Below, piece after piece: positions 1 to 11,989 of a DNA stretch of 64,000 nucleotides. The notes beneath the pieces are model-generated. The model saw nothing but the letters and a program-made list of their open reading frames with translations. It searched no databases and was not told the origin of the DNA. Within the stretch, counting starts at the first letter, position 1. Every line of letters begins with the position of its first letter. The DNA lies in assembly GCA_030390025.1 (NCBI GenBank), contig CM059425.1:162256001-162320000 (forward strand). Reading direction: 5' to 3'. This stretch comes from Squalus acanthias (taxonomy: Eukaryota). A program made the translations under genes and the position numbers.

Positions 1-310
1 TAGTGAGTTCCTCATTCTCACCACTCTTTGGGTAAAGAAGTTTCTTCTGAATTCCCTATTGGATTTCTTGATGACTATCTTATATTGATGGCCTCTAGTT
101 ATGCTCTTCCCCACAAGTGGAAACATTCTCTCTGTATCCACTCTATCAAAATTTTTCATAATTTTTAAAGACCTCTATTAGGTCACCCTTCAGCCTTTTT
201 CCAAGAGAAAAGAGACCCAGCCTATTCATCCTTTCCTGATATGTATACCCTTGCATTTCTGGTATCATCCTTGTAAATCTTCTCTGCACCCTCTCTCGTG
301 CCTCCACATC
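1..310 (-). mobile_element. degenerate CR1 ORF2 C-terminal fragment
   Basis: reverse strand resembles the CR1 RVQRRF...GLFSL...RNFFTQRVV...NSL segment seen in other copies here. Confidence 0.75.
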
Positions 311-654
311 CCTCCTATTAGAGAGGCATAGTTCCTCTGAACTGTGGGAGAGGTGCTAGAGGGGAAAGTGTACCACAGTGAACTGGAGAGATTAGAAGGG
401 GCGAGAGAGGTTACAGGTGATGAGTGTCTCTAAAGTGTAGCAGGAGAGAATGTCTCTGAACTGAGAGGAGGATTTAAGGGGACAGTGCTTTAGTGAACTG
501 TATCTTAAGAGAAGTGACTTATAAATTACTAAACTTTATTACTTTCCTTTTATCTTTTTAATGATGCAGTAACAGATATAAAGAGCTGCTGTAAATCTAG
601 TACCTGAACCCAGATATCTGCTTACTTTCTCTCTTTTCTCCCCTTTCATTTTAG

Positions 655-895
655 GAAAGTGGGTCTTAACGAAAGATTACATCATTGACAGTGCTAAAAA
701 TGGCAGGTGGCTCAATGAAATCCAGTACGAGTGGGGATATAAAATTCAAAGTAATTCACAGTATCCTACGCCAATGGATTCTGTACCAAAGATATGGCGC
801 AAGGAGCTGGCCCGTTCTGGTATACCAGGAGTGTTTCACAACTGGAAAGTAGTGCTTCTGATCAGTGATGAAGCAAGGAGAGCTACTTTCAAAAG
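655..895 (+). CDS. SLF1: SLF1 exon, BRCT region (phase 1 to 2)
   Basis: ttttag|GA...AAAAG|gtact; 241 nt open: GKWVLTKDYIIDSAKNGRWLNEIQYEWGYKIQ...WRKELARSGIPGVFHNWKVVLL, matching recalled vertebrate SLF1 GKWILTKDYIIHSAKSGRWLDETTYEWGYKI. Confidence 0.95.
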
Positions 896-1191
896 GTACT
901 GTTCAGAAGGGTCATTATTAGTAGATTATACTTAATGTTTCCATGTCCTGTAATATTTGTTGAAATTATTCTGGGGTAAATCATTTTTATATTCCAGAAG
1001 TTTGCTGATTTCTTATGAATTGAGACATGCTGTCACATTAACTCAGCGTATATCCTATGTATGTATAGCAAAATCTTGGAAAAGCGATAGTTTAGCTAGA
1101 GATGAGCAAACAAACACTGAAAATATGTGAAAAATATTTATATAGCAACTTTAACGTAGGAAAGCACCTCAAGGCACTTCAGAGAGACATA

Positions 1192-1488
1192 GGGCTAGAA
1201 ATTGGGTTGCTTTGCGCCTCTCGTTAGCGCCCTCTTGAGTGCCGGGCTGTTTCCACGGCGCCCCGGTGCGCACAGTGCTAGGCCCCTCCCCGTTAATCAG
1301 GGGAGGAGGCCTGCAATGACGCGGCGCTGCTGCACGTAGCGCTGCAACATTGAGTAGTAGCGCCTCAAGATGGAGGTGGAGCACTTTTAATAGCGCTCCA
1401 CCTCCTTCTTGGGGCGCTACTACTGAATTTACAGTATTTAAACCGGCGAGGTTAGCGCCCCAAAATAGGCTATACCCAATTTTTCCCC
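1192..1488. mobile_element. Harbinger-type MITE (family A)
   Basis: ends GGGCTAGAAATTGGGT / ACCCAATTTTTCCCC, ATA on both sides; GC-rich, similar to 25146-25792. Confidence 0.75.
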
Positions 1489-1489
1489 A

Positions 1490-1995
1490 TAATCAGATAA
1501 AATGGATGCTCAGTCAAAGAAGGAGATAATAGCTTGGTCAAAGAGATCAGTTTTAAGGAGGGTCTGAAACGAGGTGAAGAGTTGGAGGGGTTTGGAGAGA
1601 GAATTATATTGCAGGGCATATTTGGCTGAAGGCAATGAAGGGAAGGATGCACAAGAGGCCAGAGTAAAAGGAACAAGAGTTCTGGTGGGTTATATGGAAT
1701 GGGGAAGGATGCGATCATAGAAATTTAAACACAAGAATGAGAGTTTAAAATTGGAGGTGTTAGGAAGATCTGGAGATGATGTCGATCAGCAAGAACAGGA
1801 GTGATGGGTGACTGCTACTTCATGCTGGATAGGATACGGGCAACAGAGTTTTGGACGAGCCAATATTTAAAGGGTGGAGGGTGCAAGGCCGGCCAGGAGC
1901 CACTGGAGTAGTCGAGTCTGGAGGTGATAAAGACATGGATGAGAGATTCATTAGCAGATGGGCTGAGGCTGAGGCAGAGGCAGGCGATGTTACGG
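1490..1995 (-). mobile_element. L2-type LINE RT C-terminal remnant
   Basis: HVFITSRLDYS...VQNSVARIL in ORF 1815..2072. Confidence 0.7.
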
Positions 1996-3002
1996 CAGTG
2001 CCATGAGACTTCATGTTGTCCAGAGTCAATGTTAAGGAGTCCCAGGGCCACTCCCTCCAGACTGTATACCACTGTGCTACCACCTCCAGTGGGTCTGTCC
2101 TGCCGATGGGACAGGACATACCCAGGGATGGTGATGGAGGAGTCTGGGATGTTGGCTGATAGTTATGATTCTATGAGTATGACTATGTCAGGCTTTTACT
2201 TGACTATTCTGTGGGACAGCTCTCCCAATTTTGGCACAAGTCCCCAGATGTCAATGAGGAGGACTTTGCAGGGTCGACTGGGCTGGGTGTGCCTTTGTCG
2301 TGTCGGAATCCGATGCCGGGTGGTCCGTCAGGTTTCATTCTTGTACTTCGTTGTAGCGGTTTGATGCAACAAATGGCTTGCTACGCCATTTCAGAGGGGA
2401 GTTAAGAGTCAACCACATTGCTGTTGGTCTGGAGTCACATATAGGCCAGACCAGGTAAGGACGGCAGGTTTCTTTCCTAAAAGACATTAGTGAACCAGTT
2501 GGGTTTTTACGATAATTCGATAGCTCCATCACTGATGCTAGCTTTTTATTCCAGATTTTATGTAATGAACTGAATTCAAATTCACAACCTGCCACGGTGA
2601 CATTTGAACTCATGTCTTCGGATTATTAGTCCAGGCCTCTGGATTTCTAGTCCAGTAACAGAACCAGTATGAGCAGTGGAGGGGTCAGGAGAGGTAGAGC
2701 TGGGTGTCGTCAATGTACATATGAAGGCTGACCTTGTGTCAGGATGATATTGCCCAGGGGCAGCTAGTAGATTCGGAAAGGTGAGGACCATAGATCTGAG
2801 GGTGGGGTGGGGGAAGGCACCTGAGCTAATGTTTGGGGCCAAGAAGGAAGCTATTGCTAGAAATGCTCTGGCTACAATTTGATGGGAAGGAGTGGAATCA
2901 CACAAGGGCAGTGCCACTGAGCTGGACAATGGAGGAAAGTCTTTCGAGGAGGGTGGTGTGGTTGCCAATGTAAAAGGCTGCAGAGGGGTTCCCCGTCTCT
3001 CT

Positions 3003-3202
3003 NNNNNNNNNNNNNNNNNNNNNNNNNNNNNNNNNNNNNNNNNNNNNNNNNNNNNNNNNNNNNNNNNNNNNNNNNNNNNNNNNNNNNNNNNNNNNNNNNN
3101 NNNNNNNNNNNNNNNNNNNNNNNNNNNNNNNNNNNNNNNNNNNNNNNNNNNNNNNNNNNNNNNNNNNNNNNNNNNNNNNNNNNNNNNNNNNNNNNNNNNN
3201 NN
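3003..3202. other. assembly gap (200 N)
   Basis: run of N; round length suggests a placeholder of unknown true size. Confidence 0.99.
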
Positions 3203-4097
3203 TGGCAAGGCTGGCATTTATTGACAATCCCCACTTAGTGCAAACACAGGGAGCAGGCTTCTGATGCCACTCACCCAAAATTTGAACTAAACAAGTGCCA
3301 TTGTAAAAGCAGCTTTATAACTGAATATTTTGTAATATAATTTTGACAGTTTTGCATCATTGTTGAATATTCCTTTAATTTGCAATGTGACAGTCTAGCA
3401 AATTTAGGCTCTTGTAAGTTGGAGGCTTTTTACTGCTGAAGGAGCTGATACTTTGAGAGAGAATTCATCTGACCAGTCCTTTCGAGGAAAGGGGTCTTTA
3501 CCAAATCACTGGGCTGCTGAAGGAGAAAACTTGGTCTGCAACAATTAATCTAGAATCGTTGCCCAGCAGAACTGAGTGATTATCTTCCAATCATCAAAAG
3601 GCTCTTTTCTAAGTTCTATTGACGAAAAGGATACACTGACCCCTTATGGAGTGTTGCTCTTTTTTTTTTGTATCTGTTTATTCTATTTTGTAGTATAGGC
3701 CTTGCATTGTACATCACTGTTAACTAATTTACAGACAAATATCCCAATGATTTAAGCCTACACAGTCTGGTCCTGTGATATTACTGCTTTCCAACTGGAT
3801 TGATTAGCTGTAGCAATTCTAACACAATTTGCTGCAGTTGGATTGATTTTTAGACCCAGGCCATGTCAGCCTCTGAGGCCAAATCTAGTAAGAAGCATAT
3901 ACCTGTTCGTAGGGACAAGATCTGCTCATAGAAAGCACTGTACAAACATTTATAAAGAAAAGTTGTTTTAAAACCGGGACACTAAAAGAAAGGAAAATTT
4001 TTTAGGCTCAGGTAACTGAAGAATGTGTTTACCACCACAGATCTTTTTTGTTTATGGCAATTTCTAACTTTGTAATCATTTAAATTTTGATTTGCAG

Positions 4098-4337
4098 CCT
4101 CTTTGTTCTAAAATGTTTAACGAGGACCTTGAGATCTCGTATGCGAATATTCTGGATGTTGATCACATATCCTCAAGTTCTTTTCTGGATTCAACATTGG
4201 ATGCTACACAGGTCCTGCAGCCAAATAACCTTTTTTTCCAGGAAATAAAACCTGACGAGTCCTCTGTCTTCATTCCATCAAATATCCAGAGTGACCCATT
4301 TAAACACAGACTTCAGATGTGCCTCAGTTTACCTGAG
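4098..4337 (+). CDS. SLF1: SLF1 exon, low-conservation linker (phase 0 to 0)
   Basis: tttgcag|CCT...GAG|gtaagg; 240 nt open (PLCSKMFNEDLE...QMCLSLPE); non-repetitive; phase fits next exon; homology not recognisable by eye. Confidence 0.7.
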
Positions 4338-4372
4338 GTAAGGTTGCAGAAGTGTTTCAAAATATCTTGTGC

Positions 4373-5890
4373 AGGGTCTTAAAAGAAGTGGCTGCAGAGA
4401 TAGTGGATGCATTGGTTGCAATATACCAAAATTCCCTGGACTCTGGAGAGGTCCCAGCGGATTGGAAAACCGCAAATGTAACACCCCTATTTGAGAAAAG
4501 AGGGAGACAGAAAGCAGGAAACTATAGACCAGTTAGCCTAACATCTGTCATTGGGAAAATGCTGGAGTCCTTCATTAAGGAAGCAGTAGCAGGGCATTTG
4601 GAAAATCATAATGCAGTCAAGCAGAGTCAGCATGGTTTTATGAAAGGGAAATCATGTTTAACAAATTTGCTGGAGTTCTTTGAGGATGTAACGAGCCGGG
4701 TGGACAAAGGTGAACCAGTAGATGTGGTGTATTTGGATTTCCAGAAGGCATTCAATAAGGTGCCACATAAAAGGTTACTGCATAAGATAAGAGCTCACGG
4801 AATTGGGGGTAATATATTAGCATGGATAGAGAATTGGCTAACTGACAGAAAGCAGAGAGTCGGGATAAATGGGTCATTTTCCGGTTGGCAAACGGTAACT
4901 AGTGGGGTGCCACAGGGATCGGTGCTGGGGCTTCAACTATTTACAATCTACATTAATGACTTGGATGAAGGGACCGAGTGTAATGTAACCAAGTTTGCGG
5001 ATGATACAAAGATGGGTGGGAAAGCAAGTTGTGCAGAGGACTCAAAGAATCTGCAAAGGGATATAGACAGGCTAAGTGAGTGGGCAAACATTTGGCAGAT
5101 GGAGTATAATGTGGGAAAGTGCAAGGTTATCCACTTTGACAGGAAAAATAAAAAAGCAAATTATTATTTAAATGGAGAGAGATTACAAAATGCTACAGTT
5201 CAGAGGGACCTGGGGGTCCTTCTGCATGAAACACAAAAAGTTAGCATGCAGGTACAGCAAGTAATCAAAAGGGCAAATGGAATGTTGGCCTTTATTGCAA
5301 GGGGGTTGGAGTATAAAAGCAGGGACGTCCTGCTGCAACTGTACAGGGTATTGGTGAGACCACACCTTCAGTACTGCATACAGTTTTGGTCGTCTTATTT
5401 AAGGAGGCAGTTCAGAGACGATTCACTCGGTTGATTCCTGAGATGAGGGGGTTGACTTATGAAGAAAGGTTGGGCCTATACTCATTGGAATTTAGAAGAA
5501 TGAGAGGTGATCTTATTGAAACATATAAGATACTGAGGGAGCTTGACGAGGTAGATGCAGATAGGATGTTTCCCTTCGTGGGGAAATCTAGAACTCGGGG
5601 GCATAGTTTCAGAATAAAGGGTCGCCCTTTTAGAACTGAAATGAGGAGGAATTTCTTCTCAGAGGGTTGTAAATCGGAATTCTCTGCCCCAGAGAGCTGT
5701 GGAGGCTGGGTCATTAAATACATTTAAGGTGGAGATAGACAGATTTTTGCAAGATAAGGGAGTGAAGGGTTATGGGGAGCGGGCAGGGAAGTGGCTTTGA
5801 GCCCAAGATCAGCCATGATCTTATTGAATGGCGGAGCAGGCTCAAGGGGCCAAGTGGCCTATTCCTGCTCCTATTTGTTATGTTATGTTC
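4373..5890 (+). mobile_element. 5'-truncated CR1 LINE with open RT core
   Basis: ORF 4352..5434 with NYRPVSLTS, YLDFQKAF, SGVPQGSVLG, KFADD; CR1 3' UTR and (TTATG)-type tail. Confidence 0.95.
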
Positions 5891-6012
5891 CTAGCGTGTT
5901 TTAAAAAAAAAAAAATTCTTCACTAACATCATGATGGTTTCAAAATTTCAGGAGGTGGATGGGTGGTACTTTAGATGATTTTTCTTGCGTTTCTGTTTTT
6001 TTTTTACCTTAG

Positions 6013-6084
6013 ACAATACGAAGCAAGTATGTACCATCGGGTATAGGATGCTGTTTATATACCTCAACAACTAGGCATCATCAG
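6013..6084 (+). CDS. SLF1: SLF1 small exon (phase 0 to 0)
   Basis: long pyrimidine tract + cttag|ACA...CAG|gtatgc; 72 nt open TIRSKYVPSGIGCCLYTSTTRHHQ. Confidence 0.65.
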
Positions 6085-6110
6085 GTATGCTGATTTTAAA
6101 TTTGTGCTGT

Positions 6111-6267
6111 GATTTTTGCAAGATAAGGGAGTGAAGGGTTATGGGGAGCGGGCAGGGAAGTGGCTTTGAGCCCAAGATCAGCCATGATCTTATTGAATGG
6201 CGGAGCAGGCTCGACGGGCCGAATGGCCTACTCCTGCTCCTAGATTCTATGTTTCTATGTTTCTATG
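6111..6267 (+). mobile_element. CR1 3'-end fragment
   Basis: CR1 3' UTR ending in (TTTCTATG)n. Confidence 0.9.
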
Positions 6268-7074
6268 AATGTTAGGAACCTCAATGGTGTTCTGTAATGT
6301 GTTGCAATGTGGTACTTTTTATTTTTTTAAATTCCAATTAAAAAGAATAACCAGAAAAAACAAAGACAAATGATTAATTGTACCAGATTTTTATTTGTGT
6401 TCACAACAAAATACAGTTCATTAAGACATGTCTATGTCTTCCTTTATCTGAAACTAGCATTCTTGTGTGTGCTGGGCATGACATGGCTTATGTCTAGAGA
6501 TTTTGTATATTTTGTCATTTTCTACACACACAAGAATTCTTTGCAGAAGCCATCTCGATATTTTCCACATTGTATTAGCCTTTCTCAAATCTCATATGAA
6601 AAATATATAATCTATAATAGAAATTTAACAGATGGAAGCAATACCCATCTTGTTTCAATCATTTACGTTAGATTATGAATGTTTAAGCACTAGTACAGTG
6701 TAGTGACTGAATTGAGAATTAAAGAGGAGCTGACAGGACAAGAAACAGCCAAGTATCTCAGTCACTCCACTGTGAATCTCTCCTAGGTAGAGAAGCAAAG
6801 CACCTAAAGTGTCCCTGGCTTAGGGAAAGGCTGTGGAAAAAAGATTCCATTCTTAAATGTCAAGGCCGATTACCAAATAGACTCCCAAGAGTGGGCCTTT
6901 AATCTCTTATTTATTCAGAAGAAGACAACTCTGAAGGATGTATATTAGCATAGAAACAATAAGCTCCTGATGAATACAAAAGCAAAATACTGCGGATGCT
7001 GGAAATCTGAAATAAAAACAGAAAATGCTGGAAATATTCAGCAGGTCAGGCAGCATCTGTGGAGAAAGAAACAG

Positions 7075-7111
7075 AGTTAACGTTTCAGGTTGATGACCCT
7101 TCGTCAGAACT
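7075..7111 (-). ncRNA. hammerhead ribozyme motif, inverted pLTR copy
   Basis: reverse complement AGTT CTGACGA A GGGTC atc AACCT GAAA CGTT AACT; one stem II mismatch. Confidence 0.7.
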
Positions 7112-7668
7112 GGAAAAAGCTGGAGATGGAACAGGTTTTTAAGCAGGGGCAGGGAAAGGGGGGACCGCTTTGCGGAACACCTCCGTTCAGTCCGTAAGGG
7201 TGACCCCGAGCTTCCGGTTGCCTGTCACTTTAAATCTCCACTCCACTCCCACTCAGACCTCACCGTCCTCGGCCTCTTACACTGTTCCAATGAAGCTCAA
7301 CGTAAGCTCGAGGAACAGCACCTCATCTTTCGATTAGGCACTTTACAGCCTTCTGGACTCAACATTGAGTTCAACAATTTCATAAACTCTGCCCCTATCT
7401 TTTTTTTGCATTTTTTTTTTTTCTCACTCTCACATGGCAGCTGTCTTTCATTCTGCCATTGCCATTTACACTTCATCTAGAGCCATCTTTTGTTTCTTAA
7501 CTAGTCCCATTACCATCTCCTTTTGCCTTGCACCCTCATCCCTTTTGTCTCTTAATCTCTCCTGCCCTCCATCCTATCACAGACCTTCCCTTTTGTTCTT
7601 TCCTCCCCTCCCCCCCTTTCCTTGCCCCTGCACTTGCTTAAAAACCTGTTCCATCTCCAACTTTTTCC

Positions 7669-7705
7669 AGTTCTGACGAAGGGTCATCGACCTGAAACGT
7701 TAACT
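7669..7705 (+). ncRNA. minimal type-I hammerhead ribozyme (pLTR family 1)
   Basis: AGTT CTGACGA A GGGTC atc GACCT GAAA CG TT AACT. Confidence 0.8.
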
Positions 7706-8959
7706 CTGTTTCTCTCTCCACAGATGCTGCCTGACCTGAGTATTTCCAGCATTTTCTGTTTTCATTTTAGCTCCTGATTAATGTTGCCTGTAAGAGTAGC
7801 AGTTGATCTAATCCTTGGTTAACTACAAAATTCTCATCCATTCTGATGTTTCTATAAGATGTAGGGCAAAATGGGATTCAGTAGGTCTCTATGCTCTTAA
7901 TACTGCAAGTGGTAAGTTGGGAGAGAATTAATCTCTTGTGCTTGTGCAGATGTTTGTTGCATCTTGGGATCCAGTTGCTGAATCCACTCCTCCATCTATC
8001 TTTCTGGATGTAAGGGCTTCCCTACGCAAGGCAATAATACTGCTACATAGCTTTGGCACTTTTTCATAAGAATATCTACAAGCTATCTACGTTCCATTAT
8101 TTTCTAAAAAACTAAAATTAAATATTGTAAATGTTAAAATGTTGGATTTTATAAGTAGGGGCATATAGTACAAGAGTAAAAAGTAATGATTTCATACAAA
8201 ACATTTTTAGAGTACTGTGTACAGTTTTGGGTGCCCCATTAAATAAAAAACATTCAAGTAATTGTGAGCATTCAGCGTAGGTTCACCAGGATGGTGTTAA
8301 GGATGGGAAACAATAATTATGAGGAGAGATTTGAGATACTGGGACTATTTCCACTGGAACAGAGAAGCCCAAGAGGAAATTGAATAGGGGTTTTTAATAT
8401 TATGTAGGGCTTTGATAAAGTGAATAGGTAAGACTATCTGGAAGTCAATGTTGAGGTGAAAATTTAAATGATAAATTAAAAATTCAGAGTAAGGAGCAAT
8501 GTTGGGAAAGACTCCTAACACAAAACTGAATAGGCAAAACGCCTATTCTGAAATTTCTAATTTTGTGAATTTACCTTTCTTTTAAGATGTGCGCAGCATG
8601 CTTTTACTAATAACTTGTCTACTGAGTGAACAATTCTATTTCATAGAGTCCTAGAATAATACAGCACAGAGGAGGCCATTTGGCCCATTGTGCCTGTGTC
8701 AGCTCTTTCAAAGAGGTTTTTTTCATGTCGTCTCTGGTTCTTTTGCCAATTACCTTTTAAATCTGTTTCCTCTGGTTACTGACACTTCTGCCAGTGGAAA
8801 CAGTTTCTCCTTATTTACTCTCAAATCCCTTCAAGATTTTGAACACCTCAATTAAGTCTTGCCTTAACCGTCTCTGCTCTAAGCAGAACAACCCCAGTTT
8901 CTGTAGTCTCTCTGTGTAACTAAAGTCTTTCATTCCTGGTGCCATCCAAGTAAATCTTA

Positions 8960-9515
8960 CCTCCTGACTCCCCAAAGCCTTTCCACCATCTACAAGGCAC
9001 AAGTCAGGAATGTGATGGAATACTCTCCACTTGCCTGGATGAGTACAGCTCCATCAACACTCAAGAAGCGCGACACCATCCAGGACAAAGCAGCCCACTT
9101 GATTGACACCCCATCCACCACCTTAAACATTCACTCCCTCCACCACCGGCGTACCGTGGCTGCAGTGTGTACCATCTACAAGATGCACTGCAGCAACTCG
9201 CCAAGACTTCTTCGGCAGCACCTCCAAAACATATGACCTCCACCACCTACAAGGACAAGGGAAGCATAGGAACACCTCACCACGTTCAAGTTCCCCTCCA
9301 AGTCACACACCATCCTGACTTGGAAATATATCGCCGTTCCTTCATGACTGGGTCAAAATCCTGGAACTTCCTCCCTAACCCCACTGTGGGAGTGCCTTCA
9401 CCACACAGACTGCAGCGGTTCAAGGCGACGGCTCACTACCACCTTCTCGCGAACAATTAGGAATGGGAAATAAATGTTGGCCTTGCCAATGACGCGCACA
9501 TCCTGTGAATGAATT
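8960..9515 (+). mobile_element. 3' end of a second non-LTR family (L2/CR1 group)
   Basis: YKAQVRNVMEYSPLAWM...DTIQDKAAHLI; related minus-strand pieces near 12105-12320 and 12885-13100. Confidence 0.75.
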
Positions 9516-10794
9516 TATATAAAACACTATTTGCCTTTAACATGTCCGTGCTGGCTTTCATTTAGTAACCCATATATTTCAAAGTGCCAATTAATATTGA
9601 CTTGGTCTCTCAAAGTTTCCCCAACACTGACATTGGGCTGACTGGTCTGTAGTTGCCAGGTTTATCCCTCTCCCCTTTTTTTTTGAACGGGGTGTAACAT
9701 TTTCAATCCTCCAGTCCTTTGGCACCACTCCCATACCTAAGGAGGATTGGAAGATTGTGGCCAGAGTCTCCCCAATTTCCACCTTTACTTCCCTTGGCAA
9801 CCTAGGATGCATCCCATCTGGACCGGGAGACTTTTCTACTTGAGCACTGCCAATTTTTCTACTACCACCTCCTTTACCGTGACATTGGCAGCATCATCCT
9901 CTTTAGTGAAAACACATTTAGTACCTCAGCTATGCCCTCTGCCTCCACAAGAAGATCTTTTTGCTTCCTATTCGGCCCTACTCTTCCTTTGACTATCCTT
10001 TTACTATTTATGTTTATAAAAGACATTTGGGTTCCCTTTTATGTTATCTGCTAATTTATTCTCATACACTCTCTTTGCCCCTCTTATTTTCCTCATTCTC
10101 TTCTCCCCTGTTCTCTAATGAATTATGAACCCGATGTTTATCATCAGCTTCCTTTTCCTGTTTAATTTTAATTTCATCTTTAGTCATCCAGAGAACTTGG
10201 CTTTGGATGCCCTTCCTTTCCCCCTCATGGGAATGTGTCTAGCTTGTAGCTGAACTACCTCTCTTCTTTGAAGGCATCCCATTGCTCATTTGCTGTTTTA
10301 CGTGCCAATCTTTGATTCCAATCCACCTGGGACAGATCCTTTTTCAACTCGCTGAAATTAACTCTCTTCCAGTTGAGTATTTTCCCATTTGATTTTTCCC
10401 TGTCATTTTCCATAACTACTCTAAACCTAATGATATTGTGATCACTGTTTCCCAAATGCTCTCCCACTGAAACTTGCCCCACTTCATTCCCCAGAACTGG
10501 ATCCAGCACTGCTGCTTTCCTCGTTCGGCTGGAAACCTACTGATCAAGAAAGTTCTCTTATACACATTTCAGGAATTTCTCCCCCCCCCCCCCCCCCCCC
10601 CCCTTTGCCCTTTACGCTGTATTTTTTGGTCTATATTGGGATAATTAAATTCATTACTCTAAAGTTCTTGCATCTTTCTGCAATTTGCCTGCAAATTTGC
10701 TCCTCGATCTCCTTCCCATTATTTGGTGGCCTATAGTATACGCCCAGAAGCGTAACAGCTCTTCTATTCATTAATTCTAACAAAATAGATTCTG

Positions 10795-11483
10795 GGGGAG
10801 AAATTCGCTTTGCGACCGGGCACGGCGAAAGTACCGACGCCCGCGAAATTGATGTGGAGGTTTGCGGCGGCGGTAACCACTAGTGCCACGATCACCTGCG
10901 CCTGGAGATCGTGATGTCATTGCCGTGCGCATCACCCCAGACCCGAACTTAGGTTCCGCCCCCTGCAGCATTGCCGGTGACAGCACTGACAGCTGCAGGA
11001 GGCGTTGTTCGGGAGGCTGGGCGCTTCAGGGGTGCAAATAAAGGGGATGTTGGCGCGGGTAGGAGAGTCATTTTAACAACGTTGCAATTGAATTTTTCGA
11101 TTGCTCCTGGGCCGCAATCGATCAGTCTGGCACTCTGCTGGAGTGCATGGGGCTGATCAGGCTGGATCGCCACTGCCATCGGGGACCAGCTAACTGGTCC
11201 CAATGCAGAGCCTGCAGCGATAGCCCTTCCCGTTAAAGGAGGGAAGGAGCATCGGATCCCAACAGCGCTGCACGGGACGTTGTGCAACGCTGCACCACTA
11301 CCGCCCCGCCTGCATCCTTTAGCACTCCAGGAAGGAAGTGGAGTGCTTGATTTAGCGTTCCACCTCCTTCCTGGAGCACAAACACCGAATTTTGCAAAAG
11401 CTGAGAATCATTAGCGCCTGGCGCTAAGTTTCCCAGCTTTCAAAAGTTAGCGTCCCAAACGGGGTGGTGATGAATTTCTCCCC
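10795..11483. mobile_element. Harbinger-type MITE (family A-related)
   Basis: perfect TIR GGGGAGAAATTC / GAATTTCTCCCC; splits CR1 sequence GATTCTG-TC; TSD probably CTG/CTT. Confidence 0.8.
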
Positions 11484-11827
11484 CTTTCTTTGAACCCTCA
11501 AGTACATCATCCCTTTCTAGTGCTGTAACACTAATAGGCATTTCATAAAATGAGTAGTATTGATGAGGTGAAGGAGCATATATCGTCATATGGCATGGTG
11601 AAAACAGTGTCAGCATCCCAACCGGATAGTAATGAGTTCAGTAGTAACTCGGCTGTCTGTCTGTCAGTTGAAATTACTGTTTCATATTATCCTCTAAGCT
11701 GAGTTGCTGAAGGTCTTTCCAGAGTGAGAGTACATCAGCATTTTCTCTCACTCTGACTGGGAGTTCATTTGATTTTAGTTTGAATGCTTGAACATGTAAT
11801 CAATCTTAAAATAACTTCTACTTGCAG

Positions 11828-11989
11828 ATTCGAGTGATGATGTTCCCTGGAGTTACAATTAATAGAATAGAAGGTATTTTGGAGGGGCAATTCTATATGG
11901 AAGCATTGAAGGAAATACGCTTCCACTTGTCATCAAAATTTTTTCCACCTGCACATCTTCTGCAGTCTCTTTTGCAACTGATTCTGGAG
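11828..11989 (+). CDS. SLF1: SLF1 exon (phase 0 to 0)
   Basis: cttgcag|ATT...GAG|gtgagt; IRVMMFPG...EGQFYMEALKEI...FFPPAHLLQSLLQLILE resembles SLF1 central region (FIPPVCVLHSLL). Confidence 0.9.

Larger units (their letters stand above)
6976..7768 (+). mobile_element. truncated Penelope-like element with inverted 5' pLTR
   Basis: terminal segments about 7015-7163 and 7612-7762 are inverted copies; GIY-YIG C-terminal remnant (RKLEEQHLIFRLGTLQPSGLN); TSD AGCTCCTGATgAAT (6962-6975) / AGCTCCTGATtAAT (7769-7782). Confidence 0.88.
8645..11540 (-). mobile_element. fragmented CR1 LINE with nested insertions
   Basis: reverse-strand ORF2 pieces (ORFs 8811..9002, 9591..9812, 10255..10509); 3' UTR near 8645. 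Confidence 0.8.

Noticed and set aside
10581..10603. Long C/G homopolymers here and near 25462, 33708 and 38559
   Set aside because: Slippage expansions, mostly in old repeats; lengths unreliable; no functional evidence
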